From Candidatus Nezhaarchaeota archaeon WYZ-LMO8 (lineage in GTDB: Archaea; Thermoproteota; Methanomethylicia; Nezhaarchaeales; WYZ-LMO8), in NCBI GenBank assembly GCA_004347965.1, contig QNVF01000002.1, forward strand, positions 18,895 to 82,894: 64,000 bases of DNA, given 5' to 3'. Below the pieces are notes generated by a model that was not told where the DNA came from, made no database searches, and saw nothing but the letters and a program-made list of their open reading frames with translations. Positions within the stretch are counted from its first letter, which is position 1, and each line of letters begins with the position of its first letter. Both the position numbers and the translations under genes were made by a program. This document shows, piece after piece, positions 1 to 10,267 of this stretch.

Positions 1-537
1 ACTGCTATCTTCTCAGCCACCCTCAATGCCACGTAGAACTTCATGAATGATCGAAAGCCCCTTCCATACTCCTTGAACTCTTCTGATAAAGCTTTGTGAA
101 GCTTCAAGAGCTCTCCTTCGTCTTTAAAGCCTAGGACAACAGCCGTTAGCATTAACCTCAGAATTCTAAAGATGATGTTCTTATCTACACTACCCATAAC
201 TTCCTGTATTACGTCTATGGGCTTAGCGCCTTCGAGGATCCTTCGACAGATCTCCTCATACTTAAGCTCAGCTGAGAACACCTGGCTTAAGGTAAGATTA
301 TCATCAAAATCTAGACCTAAACCGTGTTTACCAATGAGGTAGACCATCGCCATCTCCTTGTCGTAAAGATTTTTTGCTGACCACCCTCTTATTGGTCCTA
401 TGTCTCGCTTCCTATAGGCTTCTGCAAGCTTTTCAACTGCCTCGCTTCTATTGGAAATAGATCCAGCAAGTATCAAGCTTAGAACCTCATTGCAAGCATC
501 GATGTGGCGTCTATAAGCTCTATTCATGGGCATCCCT
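1..537 (-). CDS. Hypothetical protein, partial. The N-terminus lies at ~537 and the C-terminus runs off the window edge.
   Basis: My own reverse-complement translation of 1-537 gives an uninterrupted ORF starting MPMNRAYRRHIDACNEVLSLILAG... and continuing to position 1. Its composition is coding-like. I recognise no motif. Confidence 0.4.
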
Positions 538-694
538 AAATACACCATCAATCTATTAGGCAATCCTATGAGATAGTTTATTAATGAACACGTAGAAAAG
601 GTTTACAGACGTCTTTAACTGCAAGTTCAACCTCACGTTAACCTCTCATTCACGTCAAGACCTACAATACACTTATGCCATTGACCCTCTTGAG

Positions 695-1237
695 ATGCAA
701 TATGCAAAAAACTTAGAAGAACACGCGCAAGTTATAACACGTCCGCATAAGAGGTTAGCTGGTGAAGCTACATTGTTAGGGCATAACTATGTTCCATGGA
801 GACAAGTAGGTAGGTGGATGTGCATTAGATGTGGTCAGTGCTGTCGCGAATTTCTAGTACCATTACTCACTCATGAAGCCTTGAAGATATACAAATCATT
901 TGGCCCCCTAATAGTTCAAGTTGATGGAAAGATAGCTTTAGCTAAGAAACCTGATAGCTCTTGCGTCTTCTTAAGCTATGATAGTGGTATCGCGAAGTGT
1001 ATGATATACTTTGAGAGACCAGGAGTTTGCAGGATATACCCATTCTACGTGAAATTAGGGGCCTCAAAAGATGACGATGATGCGCTGTACGTTGATAACA
1101 TGGGGTTTAAGTACAGAGTCTACATAGATATAAATTGTCCAGGGTCTTATAAAGGACCCCCAATAGAGCCCATAATGCCTAAGATCATTGAGACTTGGAA
1201 GAAATTCTACGGTTGGTGGCTTTTAAGTAGACCTTAA
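695..1237 (+). CDS. YkgJ/UPF0153-family putative Fe-S or zinc cluster protein (CxxCxxCC motif)
   Basis: The translation contains CIRCGQCC, which is C-x2-C-x2-C-C, together with downstream conserved Cys residues (CVFL, CMIYFERPGVCRIYPF) typical of the YkgJ family. Confidence 0.55.
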   Translation: MQYAKNLEEHAQVITRPHKRLAGEATLLGHNYVPWRQVGRWMCIRCGQCCREFLVPLLTHEALKIYKSFGPLIVQVDGKIALAKKPDSSCVFLSYDSGIAKCMIYFERPGVCRIYPFYVKLGASKDDDDALYVDNMGFKYRVYIDINCPGSYKGPPIEPIMPKIIETWKKFYGWWLLSRP

Positions 1238-1747
1238 ACCTTCATGCATGTACGAACCCCTATACTCACTTATAGGTTCAGCCTCAAGCCTCACGAATAT
1301 CAATTGCATAATCCTAGCATTCCGTTCAAGGATTATGCCATAGGGGTTTTCAACTAAAAGTAGCCCCTCACCTCTACCCTCATATCCTGGATCCCATAGC
1401 GCGCTAATTATTGTGGCACCCATCCTCATAAGGCTGGAGCGAGGAAGACCTATTGCCACACAACTTCTCGGGACTTTCACTACCTCGTTGTACCGAACTT
1501 TATAAGCTCCTTTACTTAAGAACAGCTTTCCATCGTCATCGAACTCTAGCTTATGTACTTCTGGTATTCTTCGTGAGCTATTAGAGAAGCCTAAAAGCCC
1601 TGGACCCTTAAACTCGTAAACTTCACTTACTGTAAGATCTATTCCTGCAGGCTGCACTTGCATCATTCTATCCAATACTCCTAGAACAGCATTTAACTTT
1701 AAAACCTCATGTCCCGGTAAAACAGCCACAAACCTCACCTCTTGCAT
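1223..1747 (-). CDS. dcd: dCTP deaminase / dUTPase-family enzyme
   Basis: The segment ALWDPGYEGRGEGLLLVENP matches the dUTPase-fold nucleotide-binding motif of archaeal dCTP deaminases. Its length, 174 aa, fits. Confidence 0.65.
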   Translation of the reverse strand: MQEVRFVAVLPGHEVLKLNAVLGVLDRMMQVQPAGIDLTVSEVYEFKGPGLLGFSNSSRRIPEVHKLEFDDDGKLFLSKGAYKVRYNEVVKVPRSCVAIGLPRSSLMRMGATIISALWDPGYEGRGEGLLLVENPYGIILERNARIMQLIFVRLEAEPISEYRGSYMHEGLRST

Positions 1748-1968
1748 TCTATCTTATTAGTTGAAGAATATTATAATAGTATAGTTTTGAATTATCATGG
1801 TAGGAGGCCTACAATCCACAATTTCTAGACGTCAAGATGGCTTGCCCCCATATATGACGTCGTTAAGAGGTCTTCCCTCCAAGCAGTTTAGCTGCACGAC
1901 TAGCATCGTAGATTGGCATAAATCTCTATTAGAGCCTAGTCCTAATTATTTGAAGTTGGTGTCCCCTC

Positions 1969-3102
1969 TTGAATAAGGTAGGGATAGTCTACGGTGATGT
2001 TTACCTGAGCTATAATTTTGGCCACGGTCACCCTCTAAACCCTTATCGAGTGAAGCTATTCTTCGACTTGATTAAGCATTATGGATTGTTGCAGGTGCTG
2101 AATCATGTGGAGCCAAGAATGGCTTCAGAGAACGAGCTTATGTTGGTTCACAGCCGAGAATACGTAGATAAGGTGAAGAGATTAAGTGAGAGAGGTTATG
2201 GTATGCTTGACTTCGGAGACACACCTGCTTTCAAGGGAATGTTTGAAGCTTCATGCTACCTCGTAGGAGGAACTCTGGTAGCCGTCGACATGGTGATGAG
2301 CGGGAAGTGTGAGCATGCTTTTAATCCGGGAGGAGGTCTTCATCATGCTTCCCACGATAGGGGGGCAGGCTTCTGCGTTTTCAATGATATTGCAATAGCA
2401 GTTCGGTACTTACTTGATAAGTGGAGAGTTAAGAGGGTCATGATTTTGGACATAGATGTACATCATGGAGATGGTACCCAATGGACCTTGTACTCAGAGC
2501 CAAGAGCCCTGAAAGTAGACTTCCACGAGTCTGGCTTGTACCTCTATCCTGGTACTGGATTTATGGATGAAATGGGTGAAGGGGAGGGCTACGGCTTTAT
2601 GGTTAACGTGCCACTCCCTCCAAGGACTCATGATGATGCCTATCTTTACGCCTTCAAGGAGATAGTTCCAACACTAGCTGAGGAGTTTAAGCCTGATGTG
2701 ATAATCCACCAGTGCGGGGTTGACGCGCACTTCGAGGATCCACTTGCACACTTAGCTCTCACAACTAGAAGTTATGCTGAGATAGCTGAGATAATGCATG
2801 AACTAGCTCATAAGGTATCCGGTGGGAGGTACGTTATGGTCGGTGGTGGAGGCTATAATGTTGGAACAGTTACTAGAGCTTGGACCATAATGCTGTCTAA
2901 GGTTGTTGGCATCGAGTTGCCAGATGAGCTACCTAGAGAATGGCTTATTGCATTCAAGAACTTAATGGGCTATGATCCACCTGCAACTCTCCACGATAAG
3001 TCGAAGCCCTTTATAAGTGAAGGAGCTTGGAGATCCATAATGGCTGACGTTCAACACGTAGTTAGAGAGGTAAAGAAGAGGTTCTCAAGATTCTTTAAGT
3101 GA
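1969..3102 (+). CDS. Histone deacetylase superfamily protein (AcuC / acetylpolyamine amidohydrolase-like)
   Basis: The N-terminus YGDVYLSYNFGHGHPLNPYR and the catalytic segments HHASHDRGAGFCVFNDIAIA and DIDVHHGDGTQ are diagnostic of class I/II HDAC-like amidohydrolases. Confidence 0.8.
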   Translation: MNKVGIVYGDVYLSYNFGHGHPLNPYRVKLFFDLIKHYGLLQVLNHVEPRMASENELMLVHSREYVDKVKRLSERGYGMLDFGDTPAFKGMFEASCYLVGGTLVAVDMVMSGKCEHAFNPGGGLHHASHDRGAGFCVFNDIAIAVRYLLDKWRVKRVMILDIDVHHGDGTQWTLYSEPRALKVDFHESGLYLYPGTGFMDEMGEGEGYGFMVNVPLPPRTHDDAYLYAFKEIVPTLAEEFKPDVIIHQCGVDAHFEDPLAHLALTTRSYAEIAEIMHELAHKVSGGRYVMVGGGGYNVGTVTRAWTIMLSKVVGIELPDELPREWLIAFKNLMGYDPPATLHDKSKPFISEGAWRSIMADVQHVVREVKKRFSRFFK

Positions 3103-3108
3103 GCTACC

Positions 3109-4101
3109 TTAAGTCACGACAGGCCCTATGACTTCGTATCCCATTAACTTGTTGACCCTCTCCACTTCTGCATCAACGTACTTCTGAATCTCAGCTATCT
3201 CCTCTTCAGTCAAATGTCTGAACCTACCCTGCACCATTAAGTAGTCTCTTACCGGTTTTCTTCGAGGAACTGGAACCGTAACCCTGAACTTCCCCATCTC
3301 CACTTCATACAGAATCCACATCCCGGTTAAGACGCCTAATCTTGCAACCTCAACAGTCTTGCTGGGATCAAACCTCCAGCCAGTTGGACATGGAGCTTGA
3401 ACGTGTACGTACGCTGGCCCCTCAACCTCACTTGCCTTTTTGACCTTATTGACGAAGTCTAATGGGTGTGATATGCTTGCAACAGCAACATAGGGTGTCC
3501 TATGCGCTGCGGCTATCGATGCCATGTCCTTCTTAGGTTGTAGCTTTCCCCTCCACTTAGCACCAATAGGGGTTGTTGTCGTCCATGCTTTAAACGGTGT
3601 CGTCCCACTACGCTGGATCCCCGTGTTCATGTAGGCTTCGTTATCCATGCATACATAGATAAAGTTGTGCATTCTTTCTAGCGCACCACTTAAAGCCTGA
3701 AGACCTATATCGGCCGTACCACCATCACCAGCTAGGGCAACTACATGAACCTTCTTGTCAACAAATCCTAGCTTTTTTCTCTTCAATGCCTTTATTCCAG
3801 CTTCGACTCCGCTAGCAACAGCAGCTGCATTCTCAAATGCTACATGAATCCAAGGGACTTTCCAAGCAGTTTCGGGGTAAACCGATGTGCTAACCTCTAG
3901 GCACCCCGTTGGGGTTACGACAATTACGTTAGGGCCAAGGGCTTTTGTCACAAGTCTTGCTATGATTCCTTCAGGGCATCCTTGGCACAATCTATGCCCA
4001 GCGCTGAAGTACTCTACTCTGGGTAGATCTTTTAGGCTCTTGAACATGCTACTCATACTCAACACCTCTAACACCGTAATAGATGCACGCCTTCTCGACA
4101 C
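3109..4101 (-). CDS. porB: 2-oxoacid:ferredoxin oxidoreductase, beta (TPP-binding) subunit
   Basis: The TPP-binding segment [42 protein letters not shown] is present, along with N-terminal Cys ligands (CQGCPEG). It is the last gene of a four-gene minus-strand operon. Substrate (pyruvate, 2-oxoisovalerate or another 2-oxoacid) cannot be assigned from sequence. Confidence 0.85.
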   Translation of the reverse strand: MSRRRASITVLEVLSMSSMFKSLKDLPRVEYFSAGHRLCQGCPEGIIARLVTKALGPNVIVVTPTGCLEVSTSVYPETAWKVPWIHVAFENAAAVASGVEAGIKALKRKKLGFVDKKVHVVALAGDGGTADIGLQALSGALERMHNFIYVCMDNEAYMNTGIQRSGTTPFKAWTTTTPIGAKWRGKLQPKKDMASIAAAHRTPYVAVASISHPLDFVNKVKKASEVEGPAYVHVQAPCPTGWRFDPSKTVEVARLGVLTGMWILYEVEMGKFRVTVPVPRRKPVRDYLMVQGRFRHLTEEEIAEIQKYVDAEVERVNKLMGYEVIGPVVT

Positions 4102-5242
4102 GCCCCTTTTGAAGGACCTTGCCAGACATTCTCACTATATCCATTAGCTCCTTAATTGTCACATCTCTTCCACCTATTCCAGCGATGAAGTCCATCATGA
4201 GGGGCCTATCAGATTCATTAGCGAAAACTGATACTATGTCTGTGAATAGAGGTCCGCCAATAGCTCCAAAAGATATCGCTCTATCCACTACGGCGAGGAT
4301 CTTCGCGCTTCTCAGCTTTTCCTTCCATACATCTACTGGTATGGGTCTATAGAGCCTAGGTCTAAAAAGCCCAACCTTAACTCCTTCTTCACGAAGCTTG
4401 TCTACAGCTATCTTAGCTGTGCTAGCTATGGCTCCTAGGGTTACTAGCAGTATGTCAGCATCTTGAGCCTTGTACTCCTCGTAAAGTCCATAGCTAACTC
4501 CGAACTCTTCTTCAAAATTTTTGTCGACCTCTTCCAGAGCTCTCGGCACTTTTGTCAAGGCGTCAATTAGCTGGAACTTAAACTCGTAGGCGTAATCTGG
4601 TAAAGCCATGACCCCCATGGTTATGGGCCTCTCAAGGTCCAGTACATTGGGTCTTTTGAATCGAGGTAAGAACCTTAACACTTCTTCCTTTTCTCTAATC
4701 TCTACAGGCTCATACGTATGACTTAGCACAAAACCGTCATAGCACACGGCCACTGGTACTAAGATGTCGCTTCTCTCAGCCAACCTATATGCCTGAATTA
4801 TTGTGTCATGTGCTTCTTGTGCTGAAGAAACGTATATTTGAACCCAGCCACAATCTCGAGAAGCCATCATGTCTTGATAGTCACAGTGAATGTTAAGTGG
4901 CATATTAAGACTTCTGTTTGCTATAGACATTACCACTGGCAACCTCATAGTTGAAGCTATGAAGAGCAATTCATGCATTAACGCCAATCCTTGAGACGAT
5001 GTTGCAGTAAACGTTCTAGCTCCAAGAGCTGAAGCGCCAATCACCACGCTTAAAGCGGTGTGCTCACTTTCAACTGCTATGTACTCTGCGTCTAGCTCTC
5101 CATCAGCTACAAACTCAGAGAGCTTCTCTACAACTGTCGTCTGAGGCGTTATTGGGTATGCTGCTATGACATCCACATCACAACTTTTGACTGCATAAGC
5201 TACAGCATGGTTTGTTGATAGAACTAATCTATGACTCATCAC
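4049..5242 (-). CDS. porA: 2-oxoacid:ferredoxin oxidoreductase, alpha subunit
   Basis: It is 397 aa, has the N-terminus [23 protein letters not shown] typical of PFOR/VOR alpha subunits, and sits between the delta and beta subunit genes. Confidence 0.85.
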   Translation of the reverse strand: MMSHRLVLSTNHAVAYAVKSCDVDVIAAYPITPQTTVVEKLSEFVADGELDAEYIAVESEHTALSVVIGASALGARTFTATSSQGLALMHELLFIASTMRLPVVMSIANRSLNMPLNIHCDYQDMMASRDCGWVQIYVSSAQEAHDTIIQAYRLAERSDILVPVAVCYDGFVLSHTYEPVEIREKEEVLRFLPRFKRPNVLDLERPITMGVMALPDYAYEFKFQLIDALTKVPRALEEVDKNFEEEFGVSYGLYEEYKAQDADILLVTLGAIASTAKIAVDKLREEGVKVGLFRPRLYRPIPVDVWKEKLRSAKILAVVDRAISFGAIGGPLFTDIVSVFANESDRPLMMDFIAGIGGRDVTIKELMDIVRMSGKVLQKGRVEKACIYYGVRGVEYE

Positions 5243-5245
5243 TAC

Positions 5246-5521
5246 TCACCTTTTCATGGTTATGGCTCTTGGGGGGCACTCATTAGCACAAATACCGCAT
5301 CCCTTACAGTATAGGTAATTGATCTTTATGGAGCCATCCTCTTCAAGCTCTATCGCCCCCTCTGGGCAAAACACCCAACATAAACAACATTTTGTACATT
5401 TACTTTTATCCACGACAGGTGTAAATGTTCTCCAACTAGCTGTTAGATTTCTCAAACTTGAGCCCGGTTCAATGTTCGTACAACCTATGGGCAGCTCATA
5501 CCACTTCTTAAGTTCCACCAA
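5246..5521 (-). CDS. porD: 2-oxoacid:ferredoxin oxidoreductase, delta subunit (2x[4Fe-4S] ferredoxin)
   Basis: Two ferredoxin motifs are present, CTKCCLCWVFCP and CKGCGICANECP. The length is 91 aa and the gene sits between gamma and alpha. Confidence 0.8.
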   Translation of the reverse strand: MVELKKWYELPIGCTNIEPGSSLRNLTASWRTFTPVVDKSKCTKCCLCWVFCPEGAIELEEDGSIKINYLYCKGCGICANECPPRAITMKR

Positions 5522-5525
5522 GACC

Positions 5526-6176
5526 TCACAACCTCCCTATGATGGTTCTATCGTACGCAATGGTAAAAGCCTTGAGGTTCTTCTCTGCTACTGTGGGAGG
5601 GAACTTCTTCTTCATGACCTCAATTATACTTTCTTTTCTTGGTGTATCAATAATCCTAGCAACCGCTCCAAGTATTGCAGTATTAACTATAGGTACTCCA
5701 AGTACTTCAATGGCTATAGATGTTGCGTCAACAGCTGCTACATCACCATTAAATCTTAACATGTTAGCTAATACGTGTGGTTCTCGACTGCTGTTAACTA
5801 CTAATTTACCATTGGGCTTAAGGCCCATCAACACGTTGCTTCTATCGGCGTTTAATAGGCTTTCGTCCAGCACTACTACGATGTCAGGCTCGTAAATGAA
5901 AGACCTATCGAGTATCAATTTTTCACTTATTCTTGTATAAGCTTGAACTGGTGCTCCTCGTCTCTCTGCACCGAAGCTTGGAAACGCCTGAACCCACTTG
6001 CCTTCAAGGGCAGCTGCTGATGCTAAAATTTCAGCGGCCGTGACGGCGCCTTGTCCTCCCCTACCATGCCATCTTACCTCTATCAACATGCACCCCTCAA
6101 TTTTAAGTCCTTTCAATAGGACTCCGATAGAGAGGTAAGCTTTTAGCTTTTTCCTTGCTTCTATATGTGCTGTCAA
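5526..6176 (-). CDS. porG: 2-oxoacid:ferredoxin oxidoreductase, gamma subunit
   Basis: The segment WHGRGGQGAVTAAEILA is the PFOR gamma signature. It is the first gene of the operon. Confidence 0.8.
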   Translation of the reverse strand: MTAHIEARKKLKAYLSIGVLLKGLKIEGCMLIEVRWHGRGGQGAVTAAEILASAAALEGKWVQAFPSFGAERRGAPVQAYTRISEKLILDRSFIYEPDIVVVLDESLLNADRSNVLMGLKPNGKLVVNSSREPHVLANMLRFNGDVAAVDATSIAIEVLGVPIVNTAILGAVARIIDTPRKESIIEVMKKKFPPTVAEKNLKAFTIAYDRTIIGRL

Positions 6177-6197
6177 GAGACTAATACGCTGGGTACA

Positions 6198-6620
6198 TTA
6201 TTTCTCTATTTTAATGGACTTTATGATGAGCTCGTTTCCAGAGATGAAATCAAAGTTCGTTTCTCCGCACTTCGGACATCCTTGCTTTAAAAATGCTCTT
6301 GCATCACAAGCTGGACAAGTCATGAACATGAGATGACTAATTGCCGAGCTCACACCGCTCAAGTTCACATACCACTCTTCACTACATCTATTGCATCGGG
6401 CTTTCGCTTTTACAACATTGACGTTCAGGTTAGCTCCTTCAGCTATTGTTCCCTCACTTAGAGCCTTGAAAGCCATGGATAGCTGGTCTGGATTCAGTAA
6501 GGTTAGCTCGCCCACATCAATGTTAACCTCGATAATCTTCTTAGCACCATGTCTTGAAGCGACTTCCAATACGACTTCAAAGATACTCGAAGCAGTTGAA
6601 AGTTCATGCATCACCATCAC
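6198..6620 (-). CDS. hypA: Hydrogenase nickel-insertion protein HypA. The true start is probably the internal MHELS at ~6611. It carries a C-terminal extension.
   Basis: MHELSTASSIFEVV matches the invariant HypA N-terminus (MHE). Two CxxC pairs are present (CNRC ... CPAC/CPKC). At 140 aa it is longer than the canonical ~113 aa. Confidence 0.65.
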   Translation of the reverse strand: MMVMHELSTASSIFEVVLEVASRHGAKKIIEVNIDVGELTLLNPDQLSMAFKALSEGTIAEGANLNVNVVKAKARCNRCSEEWYVNLSGVSSAISHLMFMTCPACDARAFLKQGCPKCGETNFDFISGNELIIKSIKIEK

Positions 6621-6699
6621 GCGACCTTACAAGAAGATTTTTAAACTGAGGTAATAAAACTACTGTGTCAAAGTTAAGCTTGAGAGCGAGGTTATAATC

Positions 6700-7368
6700 T
6701 TGGCGTTAGAGAGACCATCCCCTGAAAGCGCTACATATAGGTTGCTTGACTTTGTAATGGAGCATAGCAAGAAGCTTTGGACATCATATAGGCATCTCGA
6801 AGAAATGATGGACCTATACCTTAAGGGTAGAACGAATAAGAGGATCAAGGAACTTGCAGAAGCGATAAAGAAGATAGAGAAAGAGGGCAACGACATAAAG
6901 CTTCACATCTTTGACTATTTAGCTAGAATCGGGGAAGCTTTAATGTACAGGGAGGATTGGATGAGGCTCATTTTGAATTTGGATACGCTACTTGACTACG
7001 TTGACAGCATATCGTTCCGTCTCTCAATAGCAGCTTCGAAGAAATGGTATCCAACTCCTGAAGTGGCTGAAGGGTTTAAACGTTTCTTATTGCTTGTCAG
7101 CGTAATGTTCGATAAGTTAAGGCAATCACTAACAATGCTTCAGGCAGATGCTTTGAAGGTCTTAGAAGTATGCAACGAGCTCGAAGATTTAGAAGGAGAG
7201 ATCGATGAGCATCATAGAGAGTTGGGGTTAATACTCCTTGAGTCCAACGTCTCTTTTCAGGCATTAATACTACTGCATGAGATATGTGAAAGGCTTGAAA
7301 CCTTAGCCGACCTTGCTGTGCGAGTAGGGGATAGTCTCAGACTCATTGCCATGCATAGAGCCCCTTAA
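6700..7368 (+). CDS. DUF47 / PhoU-like family protein (TIGR00153-like)
   Basis: It is all-helical, and its spacing of acidic residues and length (222 aa) resemble DUF47 (YkaA-like). No phosphate permease gene is adjacent. Confidence 0.5.
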   Translation: MALERPSPESATYRLLDFVMEHSKKLWTSYRHLEEMMDLYLKGRTNKRIKELAEAIKKIEKEGNDIKLHIFDYLARIGEALMYREDWMRLILNLDTLLDYVDSISFRLSIAASKKWYPTPEVAEGFKRFLLLVSVMFDKLRQSLTMLQADALKVLEVCNELEDLEGEIDEHHRELGLILLESNVSFQALILLHEICERLETLADLAVRVGDSLRLIAMHRAP

Positions 7369-8391
7369 CTAACTCCTCTTAACTAGCTCACGGAAGATGT
7401 CTATAGAGTAAAGAGCTGTCGCAGCTCCCGTAACAACCACTTCAAACCATACAGCTACTATTCTCGTTAATATTGATGCTGAAGAAGCTGTAACTGGAGG
7501 AATGCCTAGAGCTATGAACGTTGCGGTCATAGATGCTTCGACAACTCCAAGCATAGCTGGTATTCCTACTGGTACCATGTATGTGAGACTATAGATAGGA
7601 TATGCTGCTAAAATAAGTAAGTAAGAAACTTCGTATCCGAGAGATAGGAAGACGACATATGGGATTGTTATTGCAGCAGCCCAATGGCCTAAAAATATCA
7701 CGAATGAAAGCATTACAACACATGGTTTTGAAAACATTTTACTTAACGATAGACTAAACTCACTGATATCGTGCTCAATGATGTCGCTCGACGCACTACT
7801 CCATTTTTTAAATGCCTTCAGTATTTTTTCAGAAGCTTTGTAAGCATAATCCTGAAGCCTTCTAGATTTACTAAGGTACTTTAAGAAGGACAACCCTCCT
7901 ACTATAACTATTAACGTCAACACCAATAATGTTAAGAGTTCAACATTACTGAATCCAGAGGTCCAAAAAAGTGCTAAGCTTAGCGCCAAGAAGGGGGCGA
8001 AAGCCATGAGGTTTACTATTCTATGTACTAAGATTGAAGCAAGAGCATTACCAAACCCTATCTTTAACTTCCTCTTAGAAAGCACTAACCTTATGACCTC
8101 GCCAGTCACGCTACCTGTTGGTATCATTATGTTGCCGAATAGGCTTACAAGCGATATCAAGATGCTGTCTTTCATCGAAACTCCTCTTTCCATCGTCTTT
8201 AACAACATGTGCCACGTCAGTCCAAAGAGTAGCATAAAAGCAAGATCGAGCGGGAGGGTGAAGAGTAGTAGCCACAAGTTGGCTTTTGACATCTCAGTAA
8301 TAATGAGCTCTGGTCCAACGAAAAGTAAGTAGACAACAAATGCACATATTCCAATAGCTAACAGGGATGTGAACCTCGCTAAACCTTTCAA
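7369..8391 (-). CDS. Polytopic membrane protein (UPF0104 / flippase-like fold candidate)
   Basis: 340 aa with about 8 predicted hydrophobic helices. The family assignment is tentative. Confidence 0.4.
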   Translation of the reverse strand: MKGLARFTSLLAIGICAFVVYLLFVGPELIITEMSKANLWLLLFTLPLDLAFMLLFGLTWHMLLKTMERGVSMKDSILISLVSLFGNIMIPTGSVTGEVIRLVLSKRKLKIGFGNALASILVHRIVNLMAFAPFLALSLALFWTSGFSNVELLTLLVLTLIVIVGGLSFLKYLSKSRRLQDYAYKASEKILKAFKKWSSASSDIIEHDISEFSLSLSKMFSKPCVVMLSFVIFLGHWAAAITIPYVVFLSLGYEVSYLLILAAYPIYSLTYMVPVGIPAMLGVVEASMTATFIALGIPPVTASSASILTRIVAVWFEVVVTGAATALYSIDIFRELVKRS

Positions 8392-8483
8392 GCTGCACTC
8401 ACTCTCATCTTGGCGTTAAAGCACTTGTCGTAAGTTAACATTTTTGATTTAGAGGAACTCTTATAAGTTACTGAGGTGATGCT

Positions 8484-9041
8484 ATGGAAGAAGAGAAAGC
8501 TCGAGCGCAATTACTAGATGGGAGAGCTATAGTCTGGGACGTCAAGCAAGCTACTAGGCTCTACAAAGAGGGTTTTTATGGAAAATTTGTCGGTGTCTCA
8601 AAACCAAAAGAACAAATACCTGAAAGACCACTTGAACTCTCTTTGATAGAAACATATTACCTGGCCGAGAAGAACAGGATAAAAGTCGTCGATGGAGGCG
8701 GAAAGGAAATCTCGCTCCAAGATCTCTACGACTACGCTAAGAAGTACTACGAGGACTTCGAATACAAGTATAAGGTGTATAAAGACTTAAGAGAGAAGGG
8801 GTATGTTGTAAGGCCAGGATTAAAGTTTGGCTCCATGTACGCTGTCTATAAGTATGGACCTGGTATAGACCACGCCCCCTTCTTAATTCACGTAATGCCA
8901 AGAGAGAGGTCCATGGATCCCATAGAGATAATAAGAGCAGGGAGATTATCTCACAGCGTGAAGAAGCGTTTCATAATAGCAAGTATAGACCCAAAAACTG
9001 GAAGAGTTGATTATTGCGTATTTTCCTGGTTTAAACCTTAA
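8484..9041 (+). CDS. endA: tRNA-splicing (intron) endonuclease, catalytic subunit
   Basis: The C-terminal catalytic domain reads YAVYKYGPGIDHAPFLIHV..., with the conserved His, and there is an N-terminal domain. The 185 aa size fits the crenarchaeal catalytic subunit. Confidence 0.7.
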   Translation: MEEEKARAQLLDGRAIVWDVKQATRLYKEGFYGKFVGVSKPKEQIPERPLELSLIETYYLAEKNRIKVVDGGGKEISLQDLYDYAKKYYEDFEYKYKVYKDLREKGYVVRPGLKFGSMYAVYKYGPGIDHAPFLIHVMPRERSMDPIEIIRAGRLSHSVKKRFIIASIDPKTGRVDYCVFSWFKP

Positions 9042-9106
9042 GTTGGTAGACCGTGATAAAATTATAAGATTAAGAACGTTAAATATCCCATTTTGGGGAA
9101 GTTTTC

Positions 9107-9529
9107 ATGAGGAAGATAAGGAAGATATTAGTTGGAGTTGATGGTTCAGCAGCATCATATAGAGCAGCGGAATTAGCATTAGACCTTGCGCATACCCTGA
9201 ATGCTCAGGTGACTGCCATCTACGTTATACCCCAATTACCACCAGATTACGAAGTTCTAGGTATTCATCTAGAGGCAAATCCTGAAGAGCTGGATAGAAA
9301 GATACTACATGAAGTGAGGGTGATGGCGCATATGAAGAACGTTAAGCTTGAAACTAAAGTTCTAAGAGGAAGACCATCTGAGGTCATAACCTCCATGGCT
9401 GAGCAGGAAGACTACGACCTGGTAGTTTTGGGGAATACAGGCATAGGAGGAGCTTATAGGAGAGCAATGGGAAGCGTGGTCACTGAGGTCATTACCACAA
9501 CGAAAAAGCCTTTACTCCTAGTAAAGTAG
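9107..9529 (+). CDS. Universal stress protein (UspA family)
   Basis: The segments ILVGVDGSAASYRAAELA and DLVVLGNTGIGGAYRRAMGSVVTEV are canonical USP ATP-binding motifs. Confidence 0.8.
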   Translation: MRKIRKILVGVDGSAASYRAAELALDLAHTLNAQVTAIYVIPQLPPDYEVLGIHLEANPEELDRKILHEVRVMAHMKNVKLETKVLRGRPSEVITSMAEQEDYDLVVLGNTGIGGAYRRAMGSVVTEVITTTKKPLLLVK

Positions 9530-9532
9530 GTT

Positions 9533-10219
9533 CTAACCATTAGCTCTAAAGGAGCCATCTGAAAACTTAGCAAATCTTCCTCGTAACTCCTTAAGTATTC
9601 TTTCGCTAACCTCTTCTATGCCTCCAAGACCATTAACTATCAACAGCTTTCCTGCTTTCCTATAGTAATCGAGGACTGGTCTAGTGTTTTCCATATAGAC
9701 ATGGAACCTTCGCCTAACAACGTCCTCTCTATCGTCCTCTCTTTGATACAGCTCGCTTCCACAGAGATTACATTTAAGGTCTTCTTTAGGGGGGTTAAAC
9801 GCAATGTGGTACACAGCTCCACAGCTCTTGCACGTGAGTCTACCACTCAATCTTCTTACTATCTCATCCTCCGGTACATCGATGTATATCGCTGCTGTAA
9901 GCTCAACTCCAAGGTCCTTTAACAATTCATCGAGCTCCCGTGCTTGCCTAACGTTCCTTGGATATCCATCGAGTATGAAGCCATTCCTCACACCCCTCTC
10001 CTTTAACCACTTCTCAACGATCTTAATGACTATATCGTCAGGTACAAGCTCGCCCCTCTCCATATAGCTTTGAGCTAACCTTCCAAGCTCGCTTCCACTA
10101 GCAATTTCAGCTCTAAAGACGTCACCAGTGGACATGGATGGTAAACCAAGGATCCTTGAAAGGATCTTTACTTGAGTACCCTTACCAGCACCAGGAGGAC
10201 CTAAGAAAACGAGTCTCAT
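9533..10219 (-). CDS. adk: Adenylate kinase with zinc-ribbon lid
   Basis: The P-loop reads MRLVFLGPPGAGKGTQ. The lid carries Cys4 (CKSCG...CNLCG). Confidence 0.85.
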   Translation of the reverse strand: MRLVFLGPPGAGKGTQVKILSRILGLPSMSTGDVFRAEIASGSELGRLAQSYMERGELVPDDIVIKIVEKWLKERGVRNGFILDGYPRNVRQARELDELLKDLGVELTAAIYIDVPEDEIVRRLSGRLTCKSCGAVYHIAFNPPKEDLKCNLCGSELYQREDDREDVVRRRFHVYMENTRPVLDYYRKAGKLLIVNGLGGIEEVSERILKELRGRFAKFSDGSFRANG

Positions 10220-10267
10220 GTTTTGGATCCAAGCTAGACAATATTTTAACTCTTTCTCTCCTAGGCT

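Noticed and set aside
3887-4352. ORFs 3887-4147(+) and 4119-4352(+), antisense to porA/porB
   Set aside because: They lie entirely inside strongly supported minus-strand por genes. They are low-complexity and Ser/Thr/Leu-rich, typical of antisense shadow ORFs.
5319-5895. ORFs 5319-5759(+) and 5539-5895(+), antisense to porD/porG
   Set aside because: Shadow ORFs inside the por operon with no motifs.
9640-10067. Several small ORFs (9640-9846-, 9701-9922+, 9804-10067+) inside adk
   Set aside because: They overlap a high-confidence adenylate kinase gene and have no independent support.
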